Positions 50,953 through 60,172 of a stretch of DNA of 64,000 bases are shown here, one piece after another. Source of the DNA: Chloroflexota bacterium (GTDB lineage Bacteria > Chloroflexota > UBA11872); the NCBI GenBank assembly GCA_028874175.1, contig JAPPLN010000008.1:20715-84714 (forward strand), given 5' to 3'. Position 1 is the first letter of the stretch, and every line of letters begins with the position of its first letter. Below the pieces are notes generated by a model that did no database searches, was not told where the DNA came from, and was given only the letters and a program-made list of their open reading frames with translations. The position numbers were made by a program, and so were the translations under genes.

Positions 50953-52334
50953 GCCGGACTCGACGCGCCGTTGCTCACTCGGGCGACGACCAACCCGGCG
51001 AGCCCTCCAACCAGAAAGACCAGATGCGGAAAGCTAACGATGTGGTGATCGAATACTCCGGCCACCGCGAACGCCGCCAGCGAGGCAAGCAGCGGCCGCA
51101 ACGCCGGGTCGGTGACGGCCGACTTGACGGCTGCCTGCGCCGCACCGCAAATCAGGGCCAGGTGGGACAGCGCCGCAACGACGCCCGCGCGCTCCGCCAG
51201 CCACAGCCACCCATTCGAAACCCCGGCAAAAATGTCCGCATGCGGCGCGTCGCCATACCCCACGCCCAACAGCGGAAACCTGCTGATGACGCGGAACGCC
51301 TCGCGAATCTCGCCGAGCCGCAGCGCCGCCGAACGGTCCTCGCCCAGCAAGCCTTGGCGAATTCTCTCGAAAGGTTCCAGCGGCGCGGCCACCACCGCTG
51401 CGCCCAGCACCGCCGCCGCCGTCGCCGCCAGACGCGGTCGCACCAGCGCCAGCCACACCAGCACACCGGCGGCGGAGGCAATCCAGCTTGCTCGGGAAAT
51501 AGTCAACGCCAAGGCCCCACCGATCAGCGCTATGGCGGCCAGTCCCAGCGCGGTGCGCCGCTGGCCGCCACCAATCCACGTCAACCCAAACGGCAGCGCC
51601 GCCGCCAGGGTGACGCCCAGGACGTTCGGGTCGACCAGCAGCCCCGTAGCTCGCGGCGTGACCTGGTCTGGCAGAAAACGCGCCACGCCCGTGGTCGGGT
51701 ACCCGGCCGTTCCGAGCGATTCAAGAAACTCGACTCCCACCGCCCCCGCCAGGTGCAGAACGATGGCGACGCCGGCCTGCAACGCAGCCGCCGCCGTGAT
51801 GAGAGCGCCCAAAGTCCCCGGCGAGCGCGACCCTTGCCACCAGACCGCGACCACCGGCGGAATCAGAGCGTACAGCGACATCTTCACCGCCAACTGCGCC
51901 GCCTCCCCGTCGCTTGATGCGCCGAAGGCTGCCGCGCCAGCCGCCAAGGGCAAGGTCGCCCCCAGCGCCACGACGACCAACAGCCATCGAGGGATCAGGT
52001 TCCATCTGCGCCGGAACTCCGGCCGGTCCCGGATAGCTCGAATCGCGGTGCCCGCCACCGTCGCCGCCACGATCACGTCCAGAACCGGCGGCTGCACGCC
52101 AAACCGCTGCGGCACCACAACGAAGGGGACCAGCACGGCAACCGCCAGGGCCGTCACGAGGCCCCAGGCCGGTCTCGCCAGGCCCAGGGCGACGCCCAAC
52201 GCGGCCATCCCTCCAGCCAGCGCCGCCGCCGGCGTCCAAGTGCCCGCGAGCACGCCGGCCAGGACCGCGGCCGCGGCCAGCGCCGCCAATTTCGTCAGCG
52301 GTGTGCCTGCGCTGGACAGCCTGTCGGCGGTCAC
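50949..52334 (-). CDS. O-antigen ligase / O-oligosaccharyltransferase family (Wzy_C) membrane protein
   Basis: About 11-12 hydrophobic segments; RATG...DPN.LG, LT.SR..W, SAALR, P..GVG.G, SN.WL..AE..G. Confidence 0.82.
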   Translation of the reverse strand: MTADRLSSAGTPLTKLAALAAAAVLAGVLAGTWTPAAALAGGMAALGVALGLARPAWGLVTALAVAVLVPFVVVPQRFGVQPPVLDVIVAATVAGTAIRAIRDRPEFRRRWNLIPRWLLVVVALGATLPLAAGAAAFGASSDGEAAQLAVKMSLYALIPPVVAVWWQGSRSPGTLGALITAAAALQAGVAIVLHLAGAVGVEFLESLGTAGYPTTGVARFLPDQVTPRATGLLVDPNVLGVTLAAALPFGLTWIGGGQRRTALGLAAIALIGGALALTISRASWIASAAGVLVWLALVRPRLAATAAAVLGAAVVAAPLEPFERIRQGLLGEDRSAALRLGEIREAFRVISRFPLLGVGYGDAPHADIFAGVSNGWLWLAERAGVVAALSHLALICGAAQAAVKSAVTDPALRPLLASLAAFAVAGVFDHHIVSFPHLVFLVGGLAGLVVARVSNGASSPA

Positions 52335-52364
52335 CGCATGTGCGCGTACGGACCCGGGCGGCCG

Positions 52365-52739
52365 CTACCCGTCGTCCGTGTTGGCGTCTCCGGCCTTGGC
52401 GGCCGCTTCGCGTGCCTTCCAGGCCTCATAGGCGGCCTGATCCACCAACTCGCCGCCCTCGATGGTGTAGTCGCCGGTATAGGCCCGACCCGCATCGAAC
52501 ACCAGGTACAGGTTGATCGTTCGAAAGCTCTTGGCCCCAATGATGTCCTTGTTCGTCGTGTAATGCGACGCCCCGTCGCCGGGCCCGTCGAACTCGGGGG
52601 AGAGGTCGGCGTTCGGGTCCACGCGAACATCGATGATTTCGTCCCCGTACTTGCTCTTGACGTAGAAATGCCATGCGGTGTCGACGGGTTCCTTCGATCC
52701 GCCGTCACCGCCGCCGAAGAGTCGCCGAAAAAATCCCAT
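52365..52739 (-). CDS. Hypothetical protein with an N-terminal amphipathic MGFFRRLFG motif
   Basis: Strong GGAGG RBS, coding-like composition, lies within the operon. Confidence 0.8.
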   Translation of the reverse strand: MGFFRRLFGGGDGGSKEPVDTAWHFYVKSKYGDEIIDVRVDPNADLSPEFDGPGDGASHYTTNKDIIGAKSFRTINLYLVFDAGRAYTGDYTIEGGELVDQAAYEAWKAREAAAKAGDANTDDG

Positions 52740-52757
52740 CTTCGTCCTCCACCTGCG

Positions 52758-53723
52758 TTAACGCTCAAGTAAGGCGTCTATGTAGGCGTCTGCCACGCGG
52801 CGTGAACGCTGGCGGCGCGACCGCTTGCTCCAGGCCCGGGGCAGATGCGCAATCGACGCCAACTGGCCCGCCAGCGTGGCGCGCGCCGCTCGTCCCTGAA
52901 TCGCGCGCAGCGCCGCAACCATCAGTTTAAGTTGCGCCCAGGCAATTCGCCACCAGCCGCGCCGCCACAAGAACCCGGGCATGTTCATCACCGCCACCAG
53001 CGGCCGATTGCGCGCGACCAGGTAACTGGCGATCGGTCCGCCCGCCGTAGCGCTCAGACGGTGACGCACCACCGCATCCGGCACATACCGGCATCGATGC
53101 CCCGCCATTTGCGCTCGCCAGTCGAGATCAACGTCCTCGCAATACATCACCAGGTCTTCGTCGAAGACTCCCACGTCGTCGAACAGCTCGCGCCGATAGG
53201 CCGACGCTGCTGCGCAGGCGCCAAACACCTCGCACGGCTCCCGGTAGATGGGACCGTCCGGCTGCCAGACCCCGCGATTGGCCGGCAGCCCGTTGCGGCT
53301 GAACATGTCGCCCGCGGCATGCAGGCGTGACGGATCGTCGTACAGCAGGATCCGCGAAGCCAGAAAGCTGGCGTCCGGCGCCGTCGCGAACGCCCGATCT
53401 AGCGCTGCCAGCCATCCGGCCTCCGGCACAGCGTCGTTATTCAATAGCGCGATGAACTTCCCGCCCGCCACCTCGATGCCTCGATTGAGCGCGGCCGCAA
53501 GTCCTCGCTGACTCGGAAGCTTCACCACCCGGTCGTCGGGCCGCTCGGCTCGCATCCAGGCCACGGTGTCGTCGTCCGAACCGTCGTCCACCACCACCAC
53601 TTCAAAGTCCCGTAGCACCTGCCCATCCAGACCTGCCAGCGCCTCTTCCAGCAGGTGCCGCCCGTTCCAGGTTGGGATCAAGACCGACCAGCGCGGCGCG
53701 TCCGCGCCTCCGCCGGCCGTCAC
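52758..53723 (-). CDS. GT2 glycosyltransferase (WbbL-like)
   Basis: IPTWNG, VVDDGSDD, LLNND, FDED..MYCEDVDL.WR. Confidence 0.9.
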   Translation of the reverse strand: MTAGGGADAPRWSVLIPTWNGRHLLEEALAGLDGQVLRDFEVVVVDDGSDDDTVAWMRAERPDDRVVKLPSQRGLAAALNRGIEVAGGKFIALLNNDAVPEAGWLAALDRAFATAPDASFLASRILLYDDPSRLHAAGDMFSRNGLPANRGVWQPDGPIYREPCEVFGACAAASAYRRELFDDVGVFDEDLVMYCEDVDLDWRAQMAGHRCRYVPDAVVRHRLSATAGGPIASYLVARNRPLVAVMNMPGFLWRRGWWRIAWAQLKLMVAALRAIQGRAARATLAGQLASIAHLPRAWSKRSRRQRSRRVADAYIDALLER

Positions 53724-54569
53724 CTACGTGACCATCTCTCGGATGTGCGCCGTCAGCGCCTCACCCCAGGGACGGAGCGTCACGCCCACGGCCCGTGCCG
53801 TCTCGTTGGCGAGTTCGGCATTCGCCGGCACCGCCGCCGCGCGCGGAAACTCGCTGGCGCTGATCTCCTCCAGTTGGACGTCTTGGCGGTCCAGTCCGGT
53901 GAGAAATGCCGCCGCCCAGCCATACCAGCTGGTCGCCCCCTCATTAACCAGGTGATGCACGCCGAACGCCTCGGTCTCCGCCAACTCCAGGATCGCCGCT
54001 GCCAGGTCGCTGGCATTCGTTGGATTGGCCACCTGGTCGCCTACGTATCGCAGGGGACCGTCCGAGACGTCCACGTTCGTGAGTCGGCTCAGGAAGTTTC
54101 GGCCCCACCGGCTGTAAAGCCAGCTCGTTCGCACCACGTAGAGCCGCTCCAGGACCTGGCGGGCGGCCCGTTCGCCGTGCAGCTTCGTCCAGCCGTAGGC
54201 GCTCAATGGCGCGGCGTCGTCATACTCTAGGTAGGGACCAAGCTTCTTGCCGTCAAACACGTAATTCGTGCTTACGTACACCATCTGGGCGCCGGCGCGC
54301 TCGGCGGCCCGCGCGACGTTCCACGTCCCCACGGCGTTGATCCGGTAGGCCTCCGCCCGGTCGCGCTCGCAGCCGTCCACGTTTGTCGCCGCCGCAGCGT
54401 GGATGATCAGGCGCGGCGAGATCTCCCCAAGCGTTCGCTCCACCAGTGCGGCATTCGTTATGTCGAGTTGCGACCGGTTCAACGTGACTGTGGTTTGTCC
54501 ATCCAGTCGCCGCGCCAGTTCAATTCCCAACTGACCGCCGGCGCCTGTCACCACCGTTGACCCGGCCAC
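53724..54569 (-). CDS. rfbD: dTDP-4-dehydrorhamnose reductase
   Basis: TGAGGQLG, AA.TNVD.CE, ST.YVFDG, YG.TKL.GE, RTSWLY, DQ...PT. Confidence 0.93.
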   Translation of the reverse strand: MAGSTVVTGAGGQLGIELARRLDGQTTVTLNRSQLDITNAALVERTLGEISPRLIIHAAAATNVDGCERDRAEAYRINAVGTWNVARAAERAGAQMVYVSTNYVFDGKKLGPYLEYDDAAPLSAYGWTKLHGERAARQVLERLYVVRTSWLYSRWGRNFLSRLTNVDVSDGPLRYVGDQVANPTNASDLAAAILELAETEAFGVHHLVNEGATSWYGWAAAFLTGLDRQDVQLEEISASEFPRAAAVPANAELANETARAVGVTLRPWGEALTAHIREMVT

Positions 54570-54570
54570 T

Positions 54571-54771
54571 CTACGGCTCCGAATCGCCGGACCCCGAATC
54601 GGCGTACATCAGCCAGACCGCAAACGCCGCCGTCACCACGGCCACCGCCACCAGGCCCGCGTATTGCGCGACGGATAGAGCCCGACCGGCCGACACCATA
54701 AAGACCAGGACCGTCAGAACGGCCGCCAACACAAGAAACGCAATCACGGCGGGGCGGCGAAAAAATGTCAA
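54571..54771 (-). CDS. Small two-TM membrane protein
   Basis: 66 aa with two hydrophobic helices; abuts the rfbD start. Confidence 0.6.
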   Translation of the reverse strand: MTFFRRPAVIAFLVLAAVLTVLVFMVSAGRALSVAQYAGLVAVAVVTAAFAVWLMYADSGSGDSEP

Positions 54772-54886
54772 TCGGGAGCGCAGAAAATCACCGTCCAGGC
54801 TGCGTATCCGGTGCGCGTACCCGGAGGGCTATCATACCAGCGTGGCATTTCGGCCCTCGGCCGCTACACAAGGTTTCGTCATCTCG

Positions 54887-56224
54887 ATGCCGCCTACACT
54901 GCTTCCCGCCCACCGCGTGTTCATCTGGACCATCGGTTGCCAGATGAATCGCGCTGACGGCGAACGGATTCAGCGCGAACTCCAGCGTGCCGGACATGGC
55001 TCCGCCGACTCCCTGGCCGACGCCACTGCGGTCGTAGTCAACGGCTGCGCCGTGCGAGACAACGCCGATCGCAAGGTTTGGGGCATGCTGGGCATGCTCA
55101 AGGGCCTCAAGAAAGCCAAGCCCCATCTCGTCGTCGGCCTCACCGGCTGCACCGTGCACGCCGACGAAGACGAACTGGCGCCGCACCTCGATCCCGTGGA
55201 CGTGCTGTTCGACACCTTGAACGCCGAGCCCCTGCTCGCCCGGCTGGCCCGCTCCGCCCCCGCCGACGCACCCGCCTATGAGGACGTCGAAGCCCAACCG
55301 GTCCCCGGCGCCGGAGCCGTCTCCCGCTTTGTCAATGTCATCTACGGCTGCGACAAGCGCTGCACGTACTGCATCGTGCCGTTTCGGCGCGGCGCCCAGC
55401 GCAGCCGGCCTCTCGCCGAGATCCTCGACGAGGTCCGTCGCTTCCGTGACGAGGGTGCGCGCGAGATCATCCTGCTCGGCCAGATCGTCAACGCCTACGG
55501 CTTTGACCTGGACGGAACCGCCCTGCCGGACGTCTTGGAAGCCGTCGACGGCGTCGAAGGCATCGAGCGAATTCGCTTCACCACCGCCCACCCGCGCTAC
55601 ATGACCAGGTCGCTGGCGGAAGCCATGCGCGACATCCCCGGCGTCTGCGAGGAGATCAACCTGCCCGTCCAATCCGGGGACGACTGGGTCCTCAAGCGCA
55701 TGGCCCGCGGCTACAGCGTCGGCTTCTACCGCGACACCATCGCCATGCTGCGCGCCACTGTGCCCGGCGTGGCGCTCACGACCGACATCATCGTCGGCTT
55801 CTGCGGCGAGCGGGAGGAACACTTCCGCAACTCACTCCGGCTCGTGCTCGACCTACGCTTCGATCAAGTCCATGTCGCCGCCTTCTCGCCTCGGCGTGGC
55901 ACCGTGGCCGCGGAGTGGCCTGACGACGTACCGCAGGCCGAAAAGCTGCGTCGCCTGCACCGCATCGAGCGCGAACAGACGGTCATCGCCGAGGACATCA
56001 ACCGCGCCTACCTCGGGCAGCTACCCGAGGTCTTGTTCGAGGAACTCACGCCTGGCAAGGGTGACCGCGACGAACCCCGCTGGCGCGGCCGCACGCGCAC
56101 CAACAAGCTGGTCTTTACCCCGGATCATCCCCGGCTGGCGCCTGGCGTTAGGCATTCGGTCCGGATCATGGCGGCCACGCCGTGGTCGCTTCGGGGCGCG
56201 GTAACCGCTGAAGCTCTCGTCTGA
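54887..56224 (+). CDS. miaB: tRNA i6A37 methylthiotransferase
   Basis: GCQMN, radical-SAM GCDKRCTYCIVP, LPVQSG, TDIIVGF.GE, C-terminal TRAM (GRTRTNKLV). Start at ATG 54887. Confidence 0.92.
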   Translation: MPPTLLPAHRVFIWTIGCQMNRADGERIQRELQRAGHGSADSLADATAVVVNGCAVRDNADRKVWGMLGMLKGLKKAKPHLVVGLTGCTVHADEDELAPHLDPVDVLFDTLNAEPLLARLARSAPADAPAYEDVEAQPVPGAGAVSRFVNVIYGCDKRCTYCIVPFRRGAQRSRPLAEILDEVRRFRDEGAREIILLGQIVNAYGFDLDGTALPDVLEAVDGVEGIERIRFTTAHPRYMTRSLAEAMRDIPGVCEEINLPVQSGDDWVLKRMARGYSVGFYRDTIAMLRATVPGVALTTDIIVGFCGEREEHFRNSLRLVLDLRFDQVHVAAFSPRRGTVAAEWPDDVPQAEKLRRLHRIEREQTVIAEDINRAYLGQLPEVLFEELTPGKGDRDEPRWRGRTRTNKLVFTPDHPRLAPGVRHSVRIMAATPWSLRGAVTAEALV

Positions 56225-56231
56225 CGCCCGC

Positions 56232-58028
56232 GTGCGCCCGCCACAGCGGCGCGGCACGTCGCGACGTGCGTTCCTGACTGCCTCCGCTACAGCCGTGCTC
56301 ACCGCAGCCTGCGGAGAGACCGCACCCTCCTCCGTCACGGTATCGGCGCGACCGTATTGGGAACCCGCCCTCACGGTTGCCACCGACTCGCTCGACGTGG
56401 TGCGCACCCTGGAACTCAACATCCGCGAACTGGCCACAGGGTCCCAGAATCCCGAGCAGTTCGCGGCCGCCGCCCAAGCTCGATTCGAGGCTATCGGCGC
56501 CCTGGGCCAGGCTCTCGTGCCGCTCAGTCCGCCGGCGTCGGCCGCTGCGGCGCATGGGCACCTCACCACCGCCGTGGACGCCCTGGTCGAGATCATCCCC
56601 ACGCTGCGCGCCTACGAAGAGCTCGAAGAACCCGAGCGTCTCGTACACGTCATCACCCTGCAAAAGCGTGCGCGATGGGCCATCGGCGCCTTCGCCGAGG
56701 CCATCGGACCAGGCCGCACGAAGAACTGGCTGTTGGCGACCATCGTCGACCTGGGAGAATTTCAGTTCGATGTCGTCCGGGTCCCCATGCTGGCCGTGCT
56801 GGTTGGGCCCTTCGACAGCGAGACGGAGGCACGGGCTCGGATCGGCCGGCGGCTTCCCTCGCTCCGCATGTCCCGCGTCTTCCGGCGCTGGGTAGAGGCG
56901 GATCGCTTTCCCACTCCGGACGAGGCCGACGTCGCGGCCCGCGAGTGGCAGCTCGACGGCTTTGCGACCCGAATTGAAGACGTCGTCGATCTGGCCTTCA
57001 CGCTTACTGACGTCAGGGCCCCGTCCGCTGGCCGCTGGACCGAGCGCGCCTGGCTGGCTCGCACCGACTTCGACATCACCGCGCTCGCGGCCTCCGACCA
57101 GGCCGAACTCGTGGTCGCCATCGCGCGCAACGGCGCCGTCGCCGCGTTCGGCCCTGACGGCGACTCGCGCTGGACGCGTAATCTCAAAATCCCGCTGTCC
57201 CGCGCGGCCGTGTCCGGCAACGGCGAACTCATGGCCGCCCACGGCTTCGATCTGCTGCTACTCGATTCCAACGGCCAACCGATCTGGCGCTCGCCCGCCC
57301 GCCCCGACAATCAGCTACTCGAGGACGTGGTCTTCGCGCCCGCCGGCGACTGGCTGCTGGTCCGCTCCACCAACGCCAGCAGCGTCGGGCACGTCTTTGC
57401 CTTCGGCCGGTCCGGCCAGCTCTGGGGACCTACCCAGGCGTACATCAGCGCCGCCGACGTCGCTCTCAATCCGGACACTGGAACCGTGGCCGTCGCCTCG
57501 TCCAGCCGGGGTGAAAACCAGATCGTGTTGATTACCCCCGCTGGAAACTTGGACCAACGCTTCGGCGTCGATGGCGAACTGCACCGCGTGCTTCTTACTC
57601 AGTCCGGCGAGCACACGGTCGCCGTGACTGACCAAAGCTCGCAGATCTTCGACAGCGCCCGCGGCGATCTCGTCTGGCGGATCGGCTATCCGTCCTCCGC
57701 CGCGGTGCGCATGCCTCAGAACGACACGATCGTGCTCGCCGGACGGAATGGGCTGGGTGCCTTCAGCCTCACGGGGACCGAACTCTGGCAGATTCCAGGT
57801 CTCGCGGTCGAGCGCCTGCTCGTTACCAACGACTACGTAGTCGCACAAACGTCCGAACGGGCACTCGTCGTGGTTCGTTCCGACGGAACGCGGCTCGGGC
57901 AGCTCGTCACCTCGTCCGAGATTCGCGCCGTTGCCGCCGCGCCGGCCGCCAATCTCCTGTTCACGGCGAACGCCGAACGGGCGATCGAGGCCTGGCAGCT
58001 ACCCGAGATCGAGCCGGCCGCCGGCTAG
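56232..58028 (+). CDS. Tat lipoprotein: helical domain, SPOR-like segment and PQQ/WD-like beta-propeller
   Basis: SRRAFL...LTAACG signal; repeated D..G...W blade motifs in the C-terminal half. Confidence 0.7.
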   Translation: MRPPQRRGTSRRAFLTASATAVLTAACGETAPSSVTVSARPYWEPALTVATDSLDVVRTLELNIRELATGSQNPEQFAAAAQARFEAIGALGQALVPLSPPASAAAAHGHLTTAVDALVEIIPTLRAYEELEEPERLVHVITLQKRARWAIGAFAEAIGPGRTKNWLLATIVDLGEFQFDVVRVPMLAVLVGPFDSETEARARIGRRLPSLRMSRVFRRWVEADRFPTPDEADVAAREWQLDGFATRIEDVVDLAFTLTDVRAPSAGRWTERAWLARTDFDITALAASDQAELVVAIARNGAVAAFGPDGDSRWTRNLKIPLSRAAVSGNGELMAAHGFDLLLLDSNGQPIWRSPARPDNQLLEDVVFAPAGDWLLVRSTNASSVGHVFAFGRSGQLWGPTQAYISAADVALNPDTGTVAVASSSRGENQIVLITPAGNLDQRFGVDGELHRVLLTQSGEHTVAVTDQSSQIFDSARGDLVWRIGYPSSAAVRMPQNDTIVLAGRNGLGAFSLTGTELWQIPGLAVERLLVTNDYVVAQTSERALVVVRSDGTRLGQLVTSSEIRAVAAAPAANLLFTANAERAIEAWQLPEIEPAAG

Positions 58029-58765
58029 GGACGATCAATCGCCGTCGATACCACGATGTGGTTGCGTAACTCGGCGCCAAACTCCAGCGCGTCGGTCACC
58101 TCGAGAAAGCGTCCCAGCGCCCGGGCTTCCCGGGCCTGCTGGATGCGCTCGGTGATCGCCGGCTGTCCCGCGAAGCTATTCAGCAGACCTTGCTGTCCGC
58201 CCGAACTGGTCACCAGGATCGACCGCAGGAGGAGCGCCAGCGTCTGGGCGTCGGCCGGGAACTCCGTCGTCGAGCGGATCGGGCGGAGGTCGGCAAGCGC
58301 GGCGGCCGTCCCTCCGCTTTCCGCAATGACTCGCAGTTTGGAGGTCTCGTCGCGCAGCGCCTGGGTCGCCAGCATCCCCAGGTATCCCGTGGCTGGGTCG
58401 AGGACCGCGATTACTCGGTTCGCCTCGCTTAAAAATGCGCGCAAGTCCGGGTCGCCGATCATATTGGCCGGAAGCGCCTCCAAGGTCTGGAGCCGTGCCG
58501 GCGCCGGCCGCGGTGGCAATCGCACCAGCGGAGAGCGAACCCGCCCCGGAACGTCCGGCACCGCGGCTTCGCTTAAAAGACCCGATTCATTCGTGGATCC
58601 CGTCGCCGCTGGACGGGCCTGACCTCGCGGCTGCGGTGTTCCCGCCGGTTCGGTCGTGATCAGCGCCAGCACCAGGGCTCCCACTGACAGCGCCAGCACC
58701 CCAAGCAGCGCAAACAGCAGGCCGCGCAGCGTCAACAGATCGCGCAGGCGTGGGCGGCCGATCAC
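58025..58765 (-). CDS. Hypothetical membrane-anchored protein
   Basis: N-terminal TM helix, Pro-rich linker and helical domain. Confidence 0.65.
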   Translation of the reverse strand: MIGRPRLRDLLTLRGLLFALLGVLALSVGALVLALITTEPAGTPQPRGQARPAATGSTNESGLLSEAAVPDVPGRVRSPLVRLPPRPAPARLQTLEALPANMIGDPDLRAFLSEANRVIAVLDPATGYLGMLATQALRDETSKLRVIAESGGTAAALADLRPIRSTTEFPADAQTLALLLRSILVTSSGGQQGLLNSFAGQPAITERIQQAREARALGRFLEVTDALEFGAELRNHIVVSTAIDRP

Positions 58766-58893
58766 GCGATCCGCTGTGGCGCCCGGCGTGCGCTGGCGCC
58801 CGGACGGCCTCGTTGGGTTGGATGCATGCTGAACGCTGGCGCTTCATTGCTCAGGCAGCCACCTGAGTCTAGCCGTGGATGCGGGTTCGTCTT

Positions 58894-58902
58894 TGTTATA
58901 TT
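58894..58902 (+). promoter_or_regulatory. Extended -10 promoter (TGtTATATT)
   Basis: AT-rich TG-N-TATATT in the spacer upstream of the GNAT gene. Confidence 0.45.
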
Positions 58903-58908
58903 CCCTAC

Positions 58909-58940
58909 CGGCCCGGACGCCAGCGCGTCGGGCCGCTTTT
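58909..58940 (+). terminator. Terminator-like hairpin in the GNAT leader
   Basis: CGGCCCG(G)ACGC-CAGC-GCGTCGGGCCG followed by CTTTT. Confidence 0.45.
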
Positions 58941-58969
58941 ACGTGCCCGCAACGCGCCAAACCTTGCCT

Positions 58970-60172
58970 ATGAACCCTACCGTCTACCCCCTGACTTCCA
59001 ACCGACGCGACGAAGCCCTCGACGTCACTGACCGGGCCTTCGACGACACGCCCCGCGACTACTTCGAACGGCACCAGAGCGCCGACCCCAACTGGGACGT
59101 GTCTCAGAGTCTCGTGGTCGACGACGGCGGTGCCATCGTCGGGCATCTCTGGATCGCCGACCGCGCCATGCACTACGGCGACGCGCGCGTACGCTTCGGC
59201 GGCCTTGCCGACGTCGCCGTCGATCCCGCCCATCGCGGGCAGGGCCACGCCGGCCGGCTGCTCGACGCCGCCGTCGAGCGCATGCAGGCCGACGGCCAGC
59301 CGCTGTCGCTGCTCTCCACCGGAACCCCCGACGTCTACGCCAGCCGCGGCTGGCACCCCGTCCCAACCGCCCGGCTCCAGGCCGAGTTCCCCGGCGGCGA
59401 CATCGAGTGGGCCGGCGGCTACGTGGTTCGTCCCTTCGAAGCCGCCGATCTGCCCGCCGTCATGGATATCTACACAGACATAGCCTCCGACCGGATCGGC
59501 CCGCTCGACCGTAGCGAAGCCTATTGGCACGCGCTCATGGACTGGGTGCCCCGTATAGCGCCGGAAACTGACATCGCCTTCGACGTGCTGGTGCAAGTCC
59601 GGACGGTCGTGGCCTACGCCATCACCGAGCTGTCAGACGAGAGGTTGGAGATTCTGGACGGCGGCATCCAGTACGAGGATTTGGCGATTCCGTTCTTGAA
59701 CGTCTGGCGGGATCGCGCTGCGGCGCGCGGCGTCAACCGCCTCACAGGTGAATTGCACCCCGCATCAGAGCTGTTTGACCTGTTACGCAAGCGGGCCAGC
59801 GCAAGCATCGAGCCCACCCGGCACCTCATGGTCAGGCTGAATTCGCTGCGCGGCGCCCTGGAGAGCGTCGTTCCCGAGCTCATCCGCCGACGCAGACGGA
59901 TGGCCCCGCTCCCGGGCCCCGCCTTCGTTCTCAACGTCGATGGCGAAACCGCACGCATCGAGACCCCCATGGTCAACGTGGTCATCGGTGAGCCCGTCGG
60001 CAACGAGCCTGTCGTCGAGCTCACCAGCGGGCAGTTCTTGGACCTGTACCTTGGCGCACCCGGCGGCTACGAAGCCCTGGATGCCCTCAACATCCCGCCC
60101 CACGTGGACGTCTACCTGCGCCGCCTGTTCCCCAATTCGCCCTTCATGTACTGGCGGGCGGACCGCTTCTAG
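58970..60172 (+). CDS. Eis-like tandem GNAT acetyltransferase with SCP2-like C-terminus
   Basis: GGLADVAVDP.HRGQGHAG.L, Y...GW, second GNAT-like domain (R.EAYW), ~400 aa. Confidence 0.85.
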   Translation: MNPTVYPLTSNRRDEALDVTDRAFDDTPRDYFERHQSADPNWDVSQSLVVDDGGAIVGHLWIADRAMHYGDARVRFGGLADVAVDPAHRGQGHAGRLLDAAVERMQADGQPLSLLSTGTPDVYASRGWHPVPTARLQAEFPGGDIEWAGGYVVRPFEAADLPAVMDIYTDIASDRIGPLDRSEAYWHALMDWVPRIAPETDIAFDVLVQVRTVVAYAITELSDERLEILDGGIQYEDLAIPFLNVWRDRAAARGVNRLTGELHPASELFDLLRKRASASIEPTRHLMVRLNSLRGALESVVPELIRRRRRMAPLPGPAFVLNVDGETARIETPMVNVVIGEPVGNEPVVELTSGQFLDLYLGAPGGYEALDALNIPPHVDVYLRRLFPNSPFMYWRADRF

